DNA of 64,000 nt from NCBI GenBank assembly GCA_010909165.1, contig MU008202.1, positions 248,001-312,000 on the forward strand, in the 5' to 3' direction. Below the pieces are notes generated by a model. That model was given only the letters and a program-made list of their open reading frames with translations. It ran no database searches and had not been told where the DNA came from. The DNA is from Anthoceros angustus. Lineage: Eukaryota > Plantae > Anthocerotophyta. Positions 60,953-64,000 of this stretch are shown here, piece after piece. The stretch's first letter is position 1, and each line of letters starts with the position of its first letter. The position numbers were made by a program, and so were the translations under genes.

Positions 60953-61972
60953 TCAATGACGAACCATGTATACCAATACAATAAAAGACAAAGAAAACAG
61001 TGTTGGAAGCTTGATTGTCTTCCATATCCAAACGTTTTTTCTATGTGGGACTCTATTGGGACGCTTGAGCCACAGTTGTGCACGCAGATGCTTCACCTCC
61101 CTTTCCTTTTGCTCCACTACCTTCTCTAACTTCCTAGTGTGACATCTCGATTCTTGTAACCATATTTCTAACTTACACATCTTTTTTTTGATCTCTTCTT
61201 CTAGTTTTTGTTGCTTATGCAGTTGCGTTTCAACTTGTTGATTATGAAGCCTTAATTGACACGATTTTTCAAGGATTTCTTCACGCAGCCTTTGGAGCTC
61301 CTGCTCTTTTGTTGCTAAGTTGTTTTCCAACTTTTCATGCTCTCTAGCAGCTAACTTGTCTAAGATTTCACGAATCTCATTTTCTCTATTGGTTTTCGCC
61401 TGTGCAATGGTCTCATCTAGTTCAACTTCGAGCTCCTCTACTTCTCTTACAAGTGCTCTTTGAGTTTCAATCTTTTGTTTAATGACTTGTTGTAAATTCT
61501 TTAGTTGCTCTTCCATGGAGCAAATATGAGCTTGCTTATCCTCTAGCTCTAGCTTTTTTGTTTCAAGGTCTTCAAGCAAGTTTTTGCATTGTACATGTGC
61601 AGCACATGTTGATGTGGAGCATTCATGAGCCTCTGCTACTTTTAAACTTGCCCTTAAGATAAGTAATTCCTTTAGATATTGTCCTGCAACCAAAGAAGAA
61701 CTTTGAGCCTGGGAGTTTTTCTCATCATACTTGACTCTTAGGTCTTCCAACTCTCTTTCCATGATTCTTGAATTCTTTTCCACAATTTGACGTTGGACAA
61801 CCTCATTTGCAAGCAACATCTCTTGTTCAATAACCCGTGATCGAACTCTTTGCAATTCTGCAGCCATAGAGGCCACTTGCTCCATTAGACGTCGTAAATT
61901 TGCTTTTTTATCATAAAGATCTTTTAGGAACGTTTGAGGCTCAGCTAAGCAATTGGATTCTACTATAGACAT
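60953..61972 (-). CDS. NEAP: Intronless NEAP-like (nuclear envelope-associated protein) coiled-coil protein with a C-terminal TM helix, 339 aa
   Basis: FLKDLYDKKANLRRLMEQVASMAAELQRVRSR, KKKMCKLEIWLQESRCHTRKLEK and the terminal WKTIKLPTLFSLSFIVLVYMVRH parallel recalled AtNEAP sequence (LLRDLDEKKESFRRNVVSLATELKQVRGR; KKKVLKLEFCLQEARSQTRKLQR; FWDNSGFKIVVSMSMLMLVVVSKR). First ATG at 61972. Confidence 0.8.
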   Translation of the reverse strand: MSIVESNCLAEPQTFLKDLYDKKANLRRLMEQVASMAAELQRVRSRVIEQEMLLANEVVQRQIVEKNSRIMERELEDLRVKYDEKNSQAQSSSLVAGQYLKELLILRASLKVAEAHECSTSTCAAHVQCKNLLEDLETKKLELEDKQAHICSMEEQLKNLQQVIKQKIETQRALVREVEELEVELDETIAQAKTNRENEIREILDKLAAREHEKLENNLATKEQELQRLREEILEKSCQLRLHNQQVETQLHKQQKLEEEIKKKMCKLEIWLQESRCHTRKLEKVVEQKEREVKHLRAQLWLKRPNRVPHRKNVWIWKTIKLPTLFSLSFIVLVYMVRH

Positions 61973-62841
61973 CTTCACAAATGGATTGGTTTGATGTTAA
62001 GTATCACATTCATACACGATCGTAGGTTTCAACCAAGAATCTATTATAAGGTTGCATTTGTCACATCATATTTGTATGTCTTCTTGAAAATTATTAAAAA
62101 TATATTTTTTTAGAAAATAACTAATTTTATTTAAAGATAAATATATAAAAATAACAACATAATAATATTAATTTTGATAGACTGGGTATCTCATACCTAA
62201 TTAATTTTTTTAATATATAAAAAGTTATGAACAACTTTTCATGTTCACTGGAATACTAAAGAAGCTTTGGCATTTGCAATGTCTTGGGCGCCTGGGCCAT
62301 ATCTTGGGCACGCGAGACTTTCAAGGGGAGTTCTAAAGCGCGAGAGTCTATTCTCCTCAATGATAATGGTCATATAACTTGTAATAAACTTCATGTCAAT
62401 TAAGAACGACTAGCATCAAGCAGTCTAATTCTACTAGAGAAAAATGTCCTATACATACAATCTTTGTTTCATAACGTTTTTTGTTCAATAAATAAAAATA
62501 AATTATTTTAATCTCATATTAAATCACTTAAAATATTATTTAGAATCTTAGTTGTGTAAAATTATTTCTAACTGATATAAGGGAAAATTAGATGATCTTA
62601 TAATATTTTACATATCACAAAATATACGCTATTTCTATAAAATTAATTTTATGAGAAAAAATTAAATTAATATCCGTACATCATTACTAAAATCCAAAAT
62701 TTGGTGTACAAGCTTTTAAATTATTATTTTTCTCAATCAAATCGTCTCTAATCACCTTGTGTCCTCCTAAACAAAGATCTTAAGGAATAAGGATGACATT
62801 TCCTCGCTATGGGTCTATTTTCTCACATACTTTCAAAAAAC

Positions 62842-64000
62842 CTAAGTTGGTGCTAAAAAGTTGTAGTCGAGATATAATGGATCCCAAACAGTTGACATAG
62901 CCATGGCAACTGGAAGAGCTAAAATAGCACACATTGTGCCACCAACAAGTATTTCCATGCAACTCCACATGCGTGTCCAATTCTTTTTCTGGAGAAAAAA
63001 AAAAGCTGAGTATGAACAATATTTATATTTCCATCTCGTTCCTTTCCCTTTTTTGTGGATGGTAACGCCATTGAAAGTATTCCAACGATCCATGTGCGAA
63101 GATCTTTTTGAAAATCTTTTTGTCAATGAAGAAAATTCGGTAATACGGTTGTCTATATCCTTATGATCAGATGTAGCATGTAAGTTTGTTCTCGATGATT
63201 CCACTATCTCATTGCTTCCATTTTCTTGATCATGTAAATTACTTCCAGATGATGAATAGTCTATCTCGGCTCCATGATCTTGATGAATTGCTTTAGATCC
63301 TTTACTATTACAATGTAAATTCACCACACTACTTTCAGGCTCCTCGTGCTCAAATGTTGCATCCGAAGCAATTGGATTATCATGAACACTCCAGCCGTTT
63401 TCACTTGAAGTCTGTAAGTCAATTTCTTCTACATCATGTCTTACTTCATCCGAGGGAATGATATGATCAAGCACACTTGGTTGTGATTCGACATGTTGTG
63501 CTTCCTTACTAATTGCCACAGAAGTAGAATCAAATTTTGATGGTAAAGAATGTTGATCTGTGTTTCGGTTCTACATGGAAAAAAAAACAACATTTTCAAA
63601 TTCTGAGAAGAAAGAGAGATTTCATTCTTGAATTATTAAGCTATGGAGCTAGAGATAAAATTGAATGTACCTTGGCAATACAAAAATCATTGTCATGTGT
63701 TGTGGATTTGTCTCTTAAGCAACCATCAAACAAATTCCTGCTTGTGGGATCTGTAAGAAAAAAAGATTCTTTCTCCATCAAACTCATGCTACACATAGTA
63801 GTTTGGTCTAAGTTAACTAATTTGGATGAACACTTCTCTCCTATCCTTTCCTTTTGTATCATGCTATCCAAACTCCTTCGATCATCAAAATCTTCAATCG
63901 AGGTGAATTCAGCCCGTTCATTACCATTATCACCACCATCCTCATCACACTCCGATGCATCACCATCAAATATTGGTAGTATCGTATTATCAAAAAGACT
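62842..64000 (-). CDS. Partial (5' end beyond the window) acidic/Ser-rich tail-anchored protein with a plant KASH-like C-terminus
   Basis: The frame is open from the window edge to 63671. A GT-AG intron at 63670-63571 is spliced in phase 0, and the frame is then open to TAG at 62842. The protein ends with hydrophobic ILVGGTMCAILALPVAMAMSTVW plus a 13-aa tail DPLYLDYNFLAPT*. Confidence 0.65.

Noticed and set aside
63000-63070. BED-finger-like WKYKYC in the right-edge gene
   Set aside because: The first Cys and the His ligands are missing. The stretch ends in a T-run plus CAG and may be an in-frame 78-nt intron.

Overview
Eukaryotic land-plant nuclear DNA. The compact genes, mostly ~50-100 nt GT-AG introns and gene content are most consistent with a Selaginella-like lycophyte, which is an inference. 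Intact spliced genes are RPN11 (-), a RING-H2 E3 ligase (+), an SPG1/TEM1 GTPase (-), a class III HD-ZIP (-, with an intron-split miR165/166 site), CSN4 (-) and NF-YA (-). Two intronless genes are also intact: a hAT/BED transposase-derived ORF with damaged catalytic motifs (+) and a NEAP-like coiled-coil membrane protein (-). A partial gene at the right edge ends in a transmembrane helix plus a plant KASH-like tail (-LAPT). There is one tRNA-Arg(CCT). The 17-31 kb interval is a graveyard of decayed gene fragments (plasma-membrane H+-ATPase, COPI alpha, quinone oxidoreductase, EUL lectin) mixed with minisatellites, a ~185-nt hairpin and a small TSD-flanked poly(A) retroinsertion. The 37-44, 46.5-49 and 58-60.7 kb blocks are GC-rich non-coding DNA dense in simple repeats, and their many long ORFs are artefacts. 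The strongest leads are the probably domesticated transposase head-to-head with CSN4, the AT-rich NEAP-like plus KASH-like gene pair, a repeated orphan ORF with an RPA32-binding-like motif, and uORFs on the HD-ZIP III and NF-YA leaders. All family assignments come from recalled motif similarity, and no searches were run.
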